Source of the DNA: Octopus vulgaris | Lineage: Eukaryota | DNA length: 64,000 nucleotides | Reading direction: 5' to 3' | NCBI GenBank assembly: GCA_951406725.2 | Contig: OX597817.1 | Span: forward strand, 143,096,001 to 143,160,000 | Shown: positions 13,573 through 27,012 of the stretch, piece by piece | Numbering within the stretch: position 1 is the stretch's first letter | Layout of the letters: each line of letters begins with the position of its first letter | Notes under the pieces: model-generated | What the model saw: only the letters and a program-made list of their open reading frames with translations | What the model was told of the DNA's origin: nothing | The model's database searches: none | Position numbers and translations under genes: made by a program

Positions 13573-14099
13573 TATCTATATATATATTGATATACATATC
13601 TATATATATAGAGAGAATTATATATATATGTGTGTGCGTGGATATGTATGGATGTATGTATATATGAGGCAGAGAGAGATTTGCTACCAAACATCATAAA
13701 TTATTCTAAATTCATTAAACTTATCTCCGTCCGTAGGGGGTTTATCACATCTACCAAATGGCAATTTAGACCAGCTCCACTTAGGAAAGGAAGATCATTT
13801 TAAGATTCAAGAATTCTCCAAAGTTAATATGTCGTTAAAGAAAACTGCAGGTTTATTGTCTGGAGATAAAAGGTTAGTCGTGGATAAGCATTCCTGGTTC
13901 AATGGCCGTCATTATTAACACGGCGATCGCCTGACTTTATTTCCTGTAGATTTATTCAAAGATAGTTAGACAGACGAACAAACAGACAAACAGACAGACA
14001 TTGAGATAAACAGACAGACAGACAGATACACACATAGAGACAGACAGACAGATAGACAGATAGACAGATAAACAGACAGATAGACAGACAGACAGTAGA

Positions 14100-16760
14100 T
14101 ATGTTTCTTTATTAGCCACACAGGGCTGCACACAGATAGAACAAATTACAAGGTAGAGCTTTTCTTTTGAAGGTTTTAAAAAAAAAAAAAGAAAGGAAGG
14201 GGGAGTTTCGATCAAAAGGATCGTAAAAGGAGAGAAAGAGGACAAAAAAAGGGGGGTTAAAAAAAGGGGGAGAGGAAAAAAAATTGATCAATAGGGATCG
14301 TTATCACAGAAATGTCAATATGAAGTGTAAAGGGGAGGACAGGTGAGGTTTACCCGTGGAAAGAAAAGCCTACAGAAAAGACCACGGTAACCTCGGTCAA
14401 TGGAGTCACATGTTATATTTCTTTTTTTTTTTTTTTGCAAATAAGCAACTCTCTGTTTTCAATTTCTGGGTTCATAGGATCATGCTCAAGGTGGCTTCGT
14501 CATTCATACGTGCCATTCTTGCTACATTCACCCATCTTTTTTTAAAACATTCGCTAGACAAAACTTGCCTCTCTACTCTCACTTTCCTTTTCAAGTGGTA
14601 CTTGAAGAAGTTGATGAGAGATTGACCAGAGAGGAAAGTGTTTGTCTCCAATCCTTTCAGACGCGTCCACCAGATACATTCTTTCGCCATAGCCACAAGG
14701 ATGATGAAAATAGCTCTTCCTTCCCGTTTGAAGGAGGGACGCATCCTTTCCACAAGAAGCGAAAGAGAATGCGTTGTAGTTTGGTGATGGTAGGGTCGGG
14801 ACAAGGTACGACGGTCAGGCGGTAGTAGATGACGGACGCGATGTACGTGTTCGCCACCTCCGCCCGACCTTTTAGGGACAGTTTCCTCTCGGCCCATTGC
14901 CGGGCGAGAGTGACCACCCTACTCGTTATCTCGTTCCAGTTCTTCTCCACTTGGAGGTCCGGACCAAACCAGACCCCGAGCAACTCAACCGGGCCGTCGG
15001 TCCAGCGTCCCACGACGGAGGCGCTGGTGGACGGCATGGGCTTGCTTCTCCAGGTGCCTAGTCGCAAGCCCACTGACTTTTCCCGGTTGATTTTCGCTCC
15101 TGTCACCGCTTCGTAGTTTTTCAGTGTCTCGCCGACCTGCTCGATGTGCTCGTGGCTAGACACTATGACGGTGACGTCGTCCGCGTATGCAGACACGCTC
15201 GTCCCGCATCCCAGTTCTCGCGGGATGCCTCTCAAGGTTGCCAGCTTCCGCAATAATGGCTCGAGAGTCAATACGTATAGAAGCGACGAGAGGGGGCATC
15301 CCTGACGGACCGAACGTGCGATGTCGAAGGGTCTCGATAGATGTCCATTCACGCGAATTACCGAACGGATGCCTCTGTACAAAGCGGCTATCCAGCCGCG
15401 GAAGACGGGACCGAAGCCAGCCGCTCCGAGGACCGCCTCCAAGTATCGATGGTCCACCCTATCGAAAGCTTTCGATTGATCCAAATTGATCAGCGCCCCA
15501 CCCATGCTAGGTTCGTTAACTACCCTGTCTATGATGTAGCGCATCAGGTGGAGGTTGTCATGGATGGTCGGGCCTGGCACGGCGCATGTTTGCACCCTGT
15601 CGACCAGTTTCTCGATGACAAGCGCCAACCTCTTGGCTAGCACCTTGGCCAAAATTTTCAAGTCTGCATTAAGCAGAGTGATGGGCCTAAAGTTATCTAT
15701 TACATTTCCCTTGTTTAGATCTTTCTTCAGCAGTGTTACGGCTCCTCGGCTCACAAAACCAGGAATGCTCCCGTTTTGCTGCCAGTTGCAGTACACCGCC
15801 GCCAAGAGATCTCCAAACAAGTCTGGCATACAATTGTAAAGCTCGTAGGGTAGACCATCCAAACCCGGTGATTTGTCCCCCGAGCATTCTGCCATCGCTT
15901 CCTGCACTTCCGCCACCGTGATGACACCTTCGCAGCACCCTGCCTTTCTTGTCGAGAGTCGTGGTAGGCTATGTAGGTAGGCACTGAAGTCCACCCTACG
16001 TTCTTGCCCTCCACTCGTTCCGAACAGTCGGGCAAAATGCTGCTGAAAGGCCTCACACATTTTACTTGGCTCGAGCAATTCGCGCCCCTGTTCATCTACC
16101 AGGGACCGAATGGTGGCTTTGTTGCCCTGTTGCGCCTCTGCCACCCGGGTCTCTCTCGCGGCTCCAACACCTTCGTTCCTTAGAGCACGCATCCTAGCTC
16201 TGACAGCACATCCTTCGTGTTTGGCGTTGAAGTGTTGGTCGAGGGCCAACCTCGCCGCCAAAACGTCGGATGCGATGCCGCTTCTAATTGCCTCTTCTAG
16301 CTTCTTAACTAGCTCACCCTCTACTCTATTTCTATCTATGGCTAGTGCTTTGCTGTACCTAATCGCTTCTGCTTTTACTGCTCTCTTGAGGGCAAACCAC
16401 CATTTGTTGTTGATGATGGCTCCCGTCAAAGCCCTCTTTACTAGTGTGCTAATCCGGTCTCTGAAAACTGTCTCGATGGGAAAGACGCGTTTAGTTTCCA
16501 GTATCCGGGACCCTGCCTAAGTGTCTTACCTAAGTCTAGCGTACATGTCACAAGTTTGTGATCCGTGTAGCTGACTATGTGGAATTGTGGACATCCTATG
16601 CTATCTCTGTCTACTGTCCTACACAGTATCCTATCTAGATACGATCTCGACGACCCGATGCGGTTGCTCCATGTCCACGTTGGCGCATTCGGGTGGTCTA
16701 GTCGGAACCTGTCAGACAGTTGAAAGCGTCTGAGCAGGTCTCTGAGGCATTTGCATCCCC
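14100..16760 (-). mobile_element. 5'-truncated Tx1/L1-clade LINE in a (GATA/GACA)n tract
   Basis: EN C-terminus (SYLDRIL, SYTDH, GPGYWKLN), RT domain, C-terminal AKECIWWTR segment and T-rich 3' UTR ending AATAAAGAAA. GC-rich relative to flanks. Confidence 0.93.
14657..16429 (-). CDS. Tx1/L1 ORF2 reverse transcriptase fragment (590 aa)
   Basis: KSPGLDGLP, NFRPITLLNADLKILAK, LDQSKAFDRVDH, SVRQGCPLS and AYADD motifs all intact. Frameshifted from EN and truncated C-terminally, so not a complete ORF2. Confidence 0.9.
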   Translation of the reverse strand: MTGAIINNKWWFALKRAVKAEAIRYSKALAIDRNRVEGELVKKLEEAIRSGIASDVLAARLALDQHFNAKHEGCAVRARMRALRNEGVGAARETRVAEAQQGNKATIRSLVDEQGRELLEPSKMCEAFQQHFARLFGTSGGQERRVDFSAYLHSLPRLSTRKAGCCEGVITVAEVQEAMAECSGDKSPGLDGLPYELYNCMPDLFGDLLAAVYCNWQQNGSIPGFVSRGAVTLLKKDLNKGNVIDNFRPITLLNADLKILAKVLAKRLALVIEKLVDRVQTCAVPGPTIHDNLHLMRYIIDRVVNEPSMGGALINLDQSKAFDRVDHRYLEAVLGAAGFGPVFRGWIAALYRGIRSVIRVNGHLSRPFDIARSVRQGCPLSSLLYVLTLEPLLRKLATLRGIPRELGCGTSVSAYADDVTVIVSSHEHIEQVGETLKNYEAVTGAKINREKSVGLRLGTWRSKPMPSTSASVVGRWTDGPVELLGVWFGPDLQVEKNWNEITSRVVTLARQWAERKLSLKGRAEVANTYIASVIYYRLTVVPCPDPTITKLQRILFRFLWKGCVPPSNGKEELFSSSLWLWRKNVSGGRV

Positions 16761-16882
<122 letters not shown>

Positions 16883-17509
16883 GATAGGATAGGATAGGTA
16901 GGCAGATAGATCTTAACAAAAATCTTAATCATTTGCACAATCTGAGACCTTTCTTCAAAATGGTGTCATTCTAGGTTAAATATTTTAAGATTGTTTTATG
17001 TAATTAATTCCTTTTAATTTCAGAAAATGTTTTTCCATTTACTTAGTGACTATATTAAGAACATTTTCCAAAACCTTGTGTTTGTGCGTGTGTGTTCTTT
17101 TATCTGCGGTTTGTGTCATCATTACCTTTTGGCGAAATGTGGTTTTACAGCTTTAACGCAAATAGATAAAAATGCACACGTAGACGCACAAAAACACAGG
17201 TCTATATATACACACACACTTACGAACTCAAATACACAATATGCGTGACTGATCTATGTAAAAGTGTGTGAATGTGTGTGTGTGCAAATATACAGGAAGA
17301 TAAAAATGTTTACGCTAGTAGAGATATAAAGAAACAGAAAGAAATTGAAAATGCACTCGGAGTTAATCAAATTATCTATTTACATTTACTTAACAGGTTT
17401 CTTAATTTGTTCACTGAAACTGGTCCCTGTATCATAGTGTTATGTAACAGTGTAAATCTTTAAGCAATTTAGATCAGCAAATATGTTATATGAAAACATG
17501 GGTACCAAG

Positions 17510-17862
17510 AGCACCTAGAGAGCGCAAACCTCCACCAAAGCAACACTAACGTCCTCTCATGATTTTTAAAATGAGAATATCTAAAATAAACTCAACTGCA
17601 CTCACAAACGAGAAAACTAAAAATGAAACCGACCACTCTCAAAAATTAATTTTAAAAATCCGGAAAAATAATCCAGAAATCTTGTCCGGTACCAATCAAT
17701 CCAAAAATCTAATCTGTTCATGCGAGTCACAAGGCCAAACATCCATGAAAGTTTTATCTGAATCCATGCAGCGGTTCTTGAGATATCTTGAGATATCTTG
17801 TCCACGGACAGACAAATAAATGAACTCGACTGTAAAACGCCTTCGCTAAAGTGGCAGTAATA
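17510..17862 (+). mobile_element. Probable non-autonomous Helentron-associated element (HINE-like)
   Basis: Start CAAGAGCAC..GAGCGCAAACCTCCACCAAG, internal GGACAGAC, end GCCTTCGCTAAAGTGGCAGTAATAA; resembles HINE architecture, degenerate. Confidence 0.45.
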
Positions 17863-18089
17863 ATTGTACGTTATGTCCAAGTATTAGGTCACGTGGCAGT
17901 ATGTAATACAATTTGGCCAAAATTTGTGGCAGTGTTAATCTAGTGAATTTTATACGAGACAGAACGAATAATAGATTTTCAGAATAGCAAAGAATCCAGA
18001 AATGGCTTACTCGTTTTGCTTTGTAGTTATCTTTGTGTTTGTGTATGACTGCAAGGAACAATAGTGTAATGTCTATGTTCAATATGAAT

Positions 18090-19520
18090 TGTGTCGCGGT
18101 TTTGTTTTATTTTCTTTTGATAAACATATTTTCTGTATTTGTCCGTATTTGATCATCGGTTTTATCAGAACAAAATGGAAAAACTAAGTTCAATGATATA
18201 TCTGTTGCACATAAGTCAAAACGTTTACTTAGTGGAATCTGTCTGGTATTAGGATCTCGTATTTGTTACCTGTGAATACAGAGTCTGTTTCTCACAATAA
18301 GTTTCATTTGTCTTATGTAATCTTTGTTACAACATTACATTTCAAAGCATCAATTGAATCTTTTGACTAACAGATCAAATGATTTCTTCTGTGAAAATAT
18401 GTTCTGTTATAAATTTATATATGTCTTGTGTAAGGTTAATGCACCTTCCGCAGTTAAGGCAGCCTCGCTTTTTTGATTATTCGTGTTGTGCTTTTGTCGG
18501 CGATTTCGTGTTTGATAAGAAACTTTTTGAAAATTTTGGTAGTCTGTTACTTTTGATTATATTATTTATTTCAGTGTTGATGTTTCCTTCATTCTTCGGT
18601 TTTTCTTCAATAATGGAATCCTTCGATTCATAGTATTTTGCGTTTATGTATTTCTTGGGTTGTGTGTTGTGATGCAAAGTTAAGTGTTTCGTGTACTTGA
18701 ATTGGTTTTCCTTTATATTCTTCGTAATTCTTGAATTGCTTTGGCACATTCTGTTCAATTACGAATTAACTTTGTTTGGTACTGTCTTTCAAGTGGTCAT
18801 TGTTTTAATACTTGGCATCCTTTATTTCAGCTTTCAAAATCTGAAACTATTGAATATAATCATCGTGCCAGATTAAGATTATTTTTGTTCTGGAATATTT
18901 TGGTGACAAGAAGTAAACAGTAAGTACTGTTTAGAGTTTGTTGCTTTGTAGCGGATACTGGTTTCGATGCTTGTCTTTTTATGTTAAGAATATCCAGAAA
19001 CAATAGTTGATTTTAATCATATTCCATTGGAAAACCTACTTTGTTGTTTATGTTATTAATTAGAGTTTTGAAGTATTCAACTTGTTCCTGACCTTGGGTC
19101 CACCGAATAAGGCAATTTTTCATGCAACGTTTCCGATATTTTGATAGATATCTATGGAAGGGGATAACGTTTTTAGTCTAGATTTTTTTTATCTCTTTCA
19201 ACTTCGAGATATGTCATGGCCAGACTGGCGTAAGTTAGAGTAACTTTCATTCCCATCGCAGTCCCAGATATTCTTTGTAAATACTGCCTTTGAAGTTGAA
19301 AGAGATATCTTGCTGGTTTATTCATGTGTTAAGCGTAATTTTATGAAGAAGTGAGAAATATCATACTGCATTTCATTGAATTTAAAATATTGTGATGTTG
19401 GAATGAATTTTAAGCCCTCTGAAGTCAATAATGGTGGTAAAAGTATCGAAATCGCAATTGTTTTCATTTAACAGCTGAAGGAAAGATTCATATCCATCAT
19501 CTACACCTTTTCATTCACAT
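18090..19520 (-). mobile_element. Highly decayed Penelope-like element (RT + GIY-YIG)
   Basis: Hand translation of - strand gives YLQRISGTAMG..YASLAMTYLE (RT, about 19200-19285) and CNKDYI..RNRLCIHR.QIRDP (GIY-YIG, about 18250-18335). Confidence 0.7.
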
Positions 19521-19617
19521 AGGTATGTATATGTATGTGGGAGAGAGGGTTGGGATTGGGTGTACGTGCGTGTAACTATTAGATTTCGAAGACTCATAAG
19601 AAAAGTATACTTATATA

Positions 19618-20024
19618 TTCTTTTATTCTTTTACTTGTTTCAGTCATTTGAGTGCGGCCATGCTTGAGCACCGCATTTAGTCGAACAAACCAACACCAGG
19701 ACTTATTCTTTGTAAGCTTAGTACTTATACTACCAGTCTCTTTTACCGAACCGCTACTTTACGGAGACGTAAACACACACACATCGGTTGACACACAAAT
19801 ACATGTGTGTGTGTGTGTGTGTGTGCGTGTGTGTGTGTGTGCGCGCGCGTGTGTGTGTGTATACACGACGAGTTTCTTTCAGTTTCCATCTACCAAATCC
19901 TCCCACAAGGCTTTGGTTGGCTCGAGGCTATAGCAGAAAACACTTGCCCAAGGGGCCACGTAGTGGGAATGAGCCCGGAATTTTATGGTTGGGAAGCAAG
20001 CTTCCTACGACACGGCCACTCCTG
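19618..20024 (-). mobile_element. SINE family A
   Basis: Full head, microsatellite and tail structure. Confidence 0.85.
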
Positions 20025-20114
20025 GAAACAATGTATATGTAATATAAATTTGGACGCATGTATATATATATATGTATGTATGTATGTACGCATATACTTA
20101 CATAAATATATATG

Positions 20115-20146
<32 letters not shown>

Positions 20147-20261
20147 TGTATGTATGTATGTATGTATGTATGCATGCATGTATGTATGTCTGAGTAAGTA
20201 TATAAATATGAAAGGAGGTGGGAAAAAACAGTGCTCGTATAACGGAGGTAGAGGAATATGT

Positions 20262-20405
20262 TTTATTATTAAAGCTGAAAAAATATCACAAAACCTGCTA
20301 CTCAGAGTTTCACGTTCTCGTTGTCGGACAATTGCGGTCCGACGAACGAGAACGTGAAGCTCTGAGTAGCAATTTTTGTGATATTTTTGCAGCTTTAATA
20401 GTAAA
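20262..20405. repeat. Hairpin formed by two head-to-head hammerhead-like PLE ends
   Basis: Arms 20262-20329 and 20337-20405. + strand CCGACGA-ACG..CGT-GAAG-CTCTGAG-TA; - strand retains GAAACTCTGAGTA. Confidence 0.75.
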
Positions 20406-20412
20406 GTGTATA

Positions 20413-20810
20413 TGCAGGAGTGGCTGTGTAGTAAGTAGCTTGCTAACCAACCACATGGTTCCGGGTTCAGTCCCACTGCGTGGCATCTTGGGCAAGTGTC
20501 TTCTGCTATAGCCTCGGGCCGACCAAAGCCTTGTGAGTAGATTTGGTAGACGGAAAATGAAAGAAGCCTATTGTATATATGTATATATATGTATGTGTGT
20601 GTATATGTTTGTGTATCTGTGTTTGTCCCACTAGCATTGCTTCACAACCGATGCTGGTGTGTTTACGTCCCCGTCACTTAGCGGTTCAGCAAAAGAGACC
20701 GATGGAATAAGTACTGGGCTTACAAAGAATAAGTCCCAGGGTCGATTTGCTCAACTAAAGGCGGTGCCCCAGCATGGCGGCAGTCAAATGACTGAAACAA
20801 GTAAAAGAGT
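20413..20810 (+). mobile_element. SINE family A (reference copy)
   Basis: tRNA-like head GGCTGTGTAGTAAG..GGGTTCAGTCCC, internal (TA/TG)n, tail AATGACTGAAACAAGTAAAAGAG. Confidence 0.9.
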
Positions 20811-21073
20811 GTATATATATAATAAAGGGTAAAATTAATTAATCAATTAATAATTAATAATTTTACCAAGTAGTTCGGTATGTTAAAAGAACCACTATCG
20901 GTAACCTTATACAAAAATTCTATAATTATAAGCATAATTATAATTAGGGTTCAGCAAAATTGCATAATACATATATATAAATGTATTGTGTATGTAGGTA
21001 TGTATGTATGTATGCATGTACGCATATATGTATGCATAGATGAATACAAATCTATATATACCCACATACATAG

Positions 21074-21121
<48 letters not shown>

Positions 21122-21392
21122 ATAAAGGGTGGAATATAATTAATTTAATAAAATTAATAAATTTCACCTAGTAGATTTATCGGTATGGAAAAGACCATAT
21201 TTGGTAAGGGTTATAATAATTATAATTAAGGGTTAATTGCAACAAGTTGCTCAAAACCACATATACAGCTTACAAATTCTGTTTGTTTGTGGAGACTTTT
21301 TATTAGTAGAGGAAATAGAGATTAATTTTGGCTGCTATTTCTAATATTTTCGGTATGTAGTTTTGAGCAACTTGTTGCAATTAACCCTTAAT

Positions 21393-21443
<51 letters not shown>

Positions 21444-21475
21444 GTATATATACATAGTATGTATATATATATATG

Positions 21476-21569
<94 letters not shown>

Positions 21570-21840
21570 CATATATGATTTCTATTTACGTTTGTATGGG
21601 TGTGCAAATATGTTGTAAACCGTAACATTCTTTTTCAGCACAATGCTTACTTTGCACGGTGAGGCTAAAGTTTTGTTTATATAAAATAGGTACAAAATAT
21701 ATATCTTGTATTTCAAATCATCTCAAGATGCTGTCTAGTACAGCTTCACTGAGATAAATATGCCGGAGAGTGCGAAACCGGTTTCTGTGTAATTATATAC
21801 GCATTGCTATTTATGCATAATTCTATATGCATGTATATGT

Positions 21841-21875
<35 letters not shown>

Positions 21876-22305
21876 TATGGTTACGTGTGAATAGTCCTTA
21901 TATGCAGTCAATTACGATACATTGTTGCCAGATATATGTGCGTATATAATTATACATACTTATTCATACACACATGCATACAAATAGAAATGGAAATAAA
22001 TGAGTACACAACCACATGCCCATACACACATAAATGTCAATACCACAGCCACGTAAATGCATACATACATATAGATATAGATATATACATATGTGTGTGA
22101 CTGTGTGTGTGTACATTGTAAACGTATATATGTGCAATGTCTCTGCTTGTATATATATAGAGAGAGAGAGAAGAGAAAGAGAGAGAGGTATATATATATA
22201 TATATATATATATATTCATGCATATATATGTGAGTGTATATGTACATATATTAATATATATAAATATGCATATATATATATATTCATACATATAGATATA
22301 TATAA

Positions 22306-22356
<51 letters not shown>

Positions 22357-22449
22357 ATGTACATACATACATATATATTTATGTATGTATAGATATAGAC
22401 ATACATACATATATGTGTATAAATACATGTATATATATATACATATATG

Positions 22450-22510
<61 letters not shown>

Positions 22511-22527
22511 TTATATCCATACATGTA

Positions 22528-22608
<81 letters not shown>

Positions 22609-22974
22609 TGAGAGGTAGCTGTTGAAGAGATAGATCGTAAAAGACAGGAATGCGGAGAGAGTGCCAGCCAGTTCTCCTCCGATTCTTTATTATTATATTC
22701 CTTCAGGTGTCAAAGAATATCAAACAACTTAGTCATCGAAATATGTTCTTTGTTCTCCGATAAAATCAATAAAACAATACAAGAATATGGAACAGTTTTG
22801 TGCAGTCACGTGACATAAATACGAAATTTCTGCATTGTGCAAAATAAAAAAAATATTATAATGATATTGTTTCTGTTAAACTAAAATAATAGAAAGATTA
22901 AACAATTGTCCTCAATTAAAACGAAGAATATATTTACAAAATATGTCAAAATCAATTATTATTGTATTTATACT

Positions 22975-23288
22975 TTATTATTATCGTCGTCATTATTATT
23001 ATTATTATTATTATTGATGTTGTTATTGTTACTGGTGGTGGTGGCTGCTGCTGTTGTTGTTGTTGTGGTTGTTGTTGTTGTTGTCGTTGTTGCTGTTGTT
23101 ACTATCTCCATCACCTCTACCACCTTCATCATCATCATCATCACCATCATCATCATCACCACCATCATCATCACCATCATCACCATCATCACCATCGTCA
23201 TCATCACCACCATCATCCTCATCATCATCATCAGCAGCAGCAGCAGTAGTAGTTGTAGTATTAGTAGTAGTAGTAGTAGTAGTAGTAA

Positions 23289-23340
<52 letters not shown>
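22975..23340. repeat. Compound trinucleotide microsatellite (TTA)(TTG)(CAT)(CAG)(TAG)
   Basis: Visible directly. Confidence 0.95.
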
Positions 23341-23342
<2 letters not shown>

Positions 23343-23494
23343 AAATAGTAACTGATGTTTGTGGATGTAGCAGTTTGTACGCCTGACTTTATGCAGAGCT
23401 TTGAATGAAAGGGAGGACGAGTGAACGTGTTTCAATGGGTTTGTGCTATATTTGTGTGTGTGTGTGTGTGTGTGTATGTGTGTGTGTGTGTGTG

Positions 23495-24613
23495 TGAGGG
23501 TCGGCTGAAAAGTTCATAGGCTGACCAGCATACTCTCATGGACTATGACAACAGACATGACGTTATCATCACTGCAACACTGGTCCCCATCTAAGTTTTT
23601 TTTTCGTGTTGGGGAACAAATGATAGTCAGATGAGGGTCAAGTCAGGAGAATAAGGAGGGTGCTCAGTCAGTTCAAAGCTACAATCACACACAGCGGTCG
23701 TTGAAACCAAGAATTTGTGTGCTGAAGCATTGTCCTGGTAAAACAAGACAGTTTTCCTGAGGGTCTGGTCTTCATAGCCATTCGTAACTGCCGCCATTGA
23801 TGGTGTGACCCTTTTTAAGATAGTCAAGAAACGGAATCCCTTTTGCACCACAAAAGCTGAGTCCGTCACTTGCAGATGAAAGGACCTCGAACTTCTTTGC
23901 AGCAGGTGAGGAGGGGTGTTTCCACTGCATGGATTACATATTTGTCTTTGGTTGAAAGGGATGAACCTAAAACTGATCCTGGCTTGGGATACGTTCAAGG
24001 AAACCAGCTGGATTTACCTCAAATAATGTTAGATTTTTCCATGATGTGAGCAACCTGGTGCGTTTTGATCATATGTCAGAAGTGGTCCCCACCGAGTAGA
24101 AATCTTTGTCATGCCAAGTTCAGTGTGCAGAATATTCTTAACATTCTCACTGGATATACTAATAGCATCGGTAATTTGATCTAAAGTCAATTACCTATCG
24201 ACCATCACCATCTGGTGAATTCGATCAACGTTTTCCTCGGCGGTGACAGTTGCAGCACGTCCAGACCTTCGGTCAACTTCAAGACTCTCCCTTCCCCTTC
24301 TGACTTCAGCTGTCCCCTTTTGCACTCTTGATTAGGCTAGAGCATCATCCCTTAATGTCAGCATGAATGTCCTTAGGAGCTGAACCCTTTCTCTGCACGT
24401 ACTTGATAACACCACAACGGCAAATTTTGTCCATTTTCAAGGGAAGTCGTTGTTAGTTATTTTTGAAGTCTTCTTTGAACAGTCAGACGTCAGTTTACCT
24501 GGAATCAAACAACACGGTTGCTAATATGAAGAACTGAAATTAATGCATGCAAGATTTAACAGCTCTCGCATCACTCATTCATAGTCTGCCTATTAACTTT
24601 TCATCCAGCATTC

Positions 24614-24615
<2 letters not shown>
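23495..24615 (-). mobile_element. Decayed mariner (DD34D-type) transposon
   Basis: TIRs GAGGGTCGGCTGAAAAGTTCATAGGCTGAC / GTCTGCCTATTAACTTTTCATCCAGCATTCG; ORF 23627-23998 has FYQDNASAH and HPPYSPDL. Confidence 0.88.
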
Positions 24616-24649
<34 letters not shown>

Positions 24650-24654
<5 letters not shown>

Positions 24655-25644
24655 AAAAATAGTTTGCGTAAAAGAATGGCCCTGCACAGATCCCAGATAA
24701 AAATTCCCCAAAACAGAAAAATAGCTTTTAGCCAACACATAGATACTTGCGCCAACAATAAAACACCAAGCTTCAGGATTTTCCCCCTCTACCAATTTAG
24801 GGACGATACAACCTCGAGACAACGAATAAGTAAAGAAACTCTCTTTATTACAAAATACAGGCCACTTCTTAACGAGTCTACGACAAATGATTAATATACC
24901 TCAACTTTAGAATAAAAGAAATACACACACAAATATTACATTCCAAAGAATCCATTACTAATCAGCCTCAATCACAGCTATAATCCATAACATGCCAACT
25001 TCAAGTCATACAACACCTCACTACTTTCACCCATTCATATTCTCCCTTCTCTGTTTTCTTCTTCTTCCTCTTCTTCTTCATCATCTTCTTCTCCTTCTCC
25101 TTCTCCTTCTTCATCATCATCATCATCAACATCATCATCATCATCATCATCAACATCGTCATCTTCTTCTTCTTCTTCTTCTTCTTCTTCTTCTTCTTCT
25201 TCTTCTGCTCCACCTTCTACCTCTTAACTTTATCACTAATACTTTTTAGTAAAACACCTACGCAAATTCTATAAACAAACCTCTCAATAGAAATATTCTC
25301 CTGAATTGAACTGCAACTGCTAGCCGTCACTGACCATTCAAAATACAACAATCAAGGCACTCCCAAATTTTTCCACCCTCTCCTCATCAGCCTTCTTCTT
25401 CTTCTACCCTACCAAGAATTCACAACGACCTCGAACACACAAGTGCAAACAAGGGAGTCAGAGAAAGGCAGAATGCCACTTATATCTGAACACTATACAA
25501 ATATTCCTTTAAAAAAACTTTTCTTCTAATTTTTCTAAATTTAATTATTTAATCGTTACAGTTGAAAATGTCTCAAAATGACTGAAACCGGTACTGAAAT
25601 GTTCTTTATAAAATTATTTTAGCATTTTCTATTTTGACTTGTTT

Positions 25645-25650
<6 letters not shown>
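24650..25650 (+). mobile_element. 3' end of a Penelope-like element (GIY-YIG C-terminus, UTR, degenerate hammerhead) within (TA)n
   Basis: TKNSLRKRMALHRSQI...KETLFITKYRPLLN, then CAG-TTGAAAA-TGTC..GAC-TGAAACCGGTA-CTG at 25559-25596; (TA)n on both sides. Confidence 0.75.
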
Positions 25651-25715
<65 letters not shown>

Positions 25716-25716
25716 C

Positions 25717-25764
<48 letters not shown>

Positions 25765-25779
25765 CTCCAATACACCAAG

Positions 25780-25910
25780 ATGTTTGAACCTTTTGTTCTC
25801 TTCCTGTTTATTTCTGTGTTCTTTTCTGTCGAAGAGTGAAGGCTCGAAACGTAAAAGACTTTGTCACTTCCCGGACGTTAAACTAATACATCTGTTTGTT
25901 GTTTACACAA
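25780..25910 (+). mobile_element. PLE terminal-repeat fragment (same family as 4440-4545)
   Basis: GAAGAG..GGCTCGAAACGTAAAAGAC..AAACTAATACA shared by both copies. Confidence 0.55.
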
Positions 25911-26110
25911 GGGCAAAAGAAAAAAAATTCCAATGCCAAATATGCCGAAAATAGACTTAATCGTCAATAACTATATAATTTATCGCTATTTGGCATTGAA
26001 TTTTTTTCTTTTGCCCTCGTTTATAATTTGTTTATAAATTTAACCCTTAAAGGTATTTTTTGATATGCTGGCCATTGATAACATTTTTTTGAAAATTTTA
26101 TCCTATATTA

Positions 26111-26158
<48 letters not shown>

Positions 26159-26540
26159 TGTGAGTGTGTGTGTGTGTGTGTGTGTGAATGAGTAAATATG
26201 TGCACATGCGTTGTGAATGTATGTATGTATATGTGTATGTATGTATGTATGTATGTATGTATGTATGTATGTATGTATGTTTGTATGTATGTATGCATGC
26301 ATGCATGCAAATATGTTTGTATGTATCTCTAGTTTCAAACTTTAACACCAGACCACCAACTCTGATTTGGTGCATACCATTAAACATTAAACCCCAGTAC
26401 TTAGTTACTACCCCCATCATATCGCCCCCGGAGGGGTGAAGGGCAAAACTGCCGATGATGGTTCTTAATCTCTGCAATGAAACCAATTGTTAATTTGGTT
26501 CTATCATTATACTATAATATTGTATTTTGCTAATTAGCTT

Positions 26541-26753
26541 TTCTACTAAAGGCACGAGGCCTGAAATCTTGGAGGAGGAGTAGACTTGTCGATTACATCG
26601 AGTTCAGTACTTCGTTGGTTCTTAATTTATCGACCCTGAAAAGATAAAAGGCAAAGTCGATCTCGGTGGAATTTGAACTGAAAACGTAAGGTCGGGCGAA
26701 ATGCCGCTTAGCATTTTGCCCGGCGTGCTAACGATTCTTCTAGCTCACCGCCA
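26541..26753 (-). mobile_element. SINE family B, alternative-tail variant
   Basis: AAAGGCAAAGTCGA..GGAATTTGAAC body; tail GGCACGAGGCCTGAAAT. Confidence 0.8.
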
Positions 26754-27012
26754 TATTTTTCTAATAATAATAAACTAAAAATACACACGCGCGCGCGCGC
26801 ACACACACACACACACACATATCTGTGTGTGTGTTTGTGCGTGCGTGTGTATGTCAACGTTTGTTTTATGTTCTATTATAAGAACAATCTTACATTAATC
26901 TGAATAGTTACTCTGTACTGTTGTAAAGTACAAATTTATTCGTAAACTAGAATATTACTGACAATAATATTTTTGTTTAAGAATAATGTGTATACATATA
27001 TATATAACGTCG

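Noticed and set aside
14829-16520. Antisense ORFs over the Tx1 RT
   Set aside because: Shadow frames of a GC-rich coding strand.
22906-23435. Poly-His/Cys/Gln metal-binding-like ORF
   Set aside because: Compound trinucleotide repeat open in most frames, with no non-repeat coding context.
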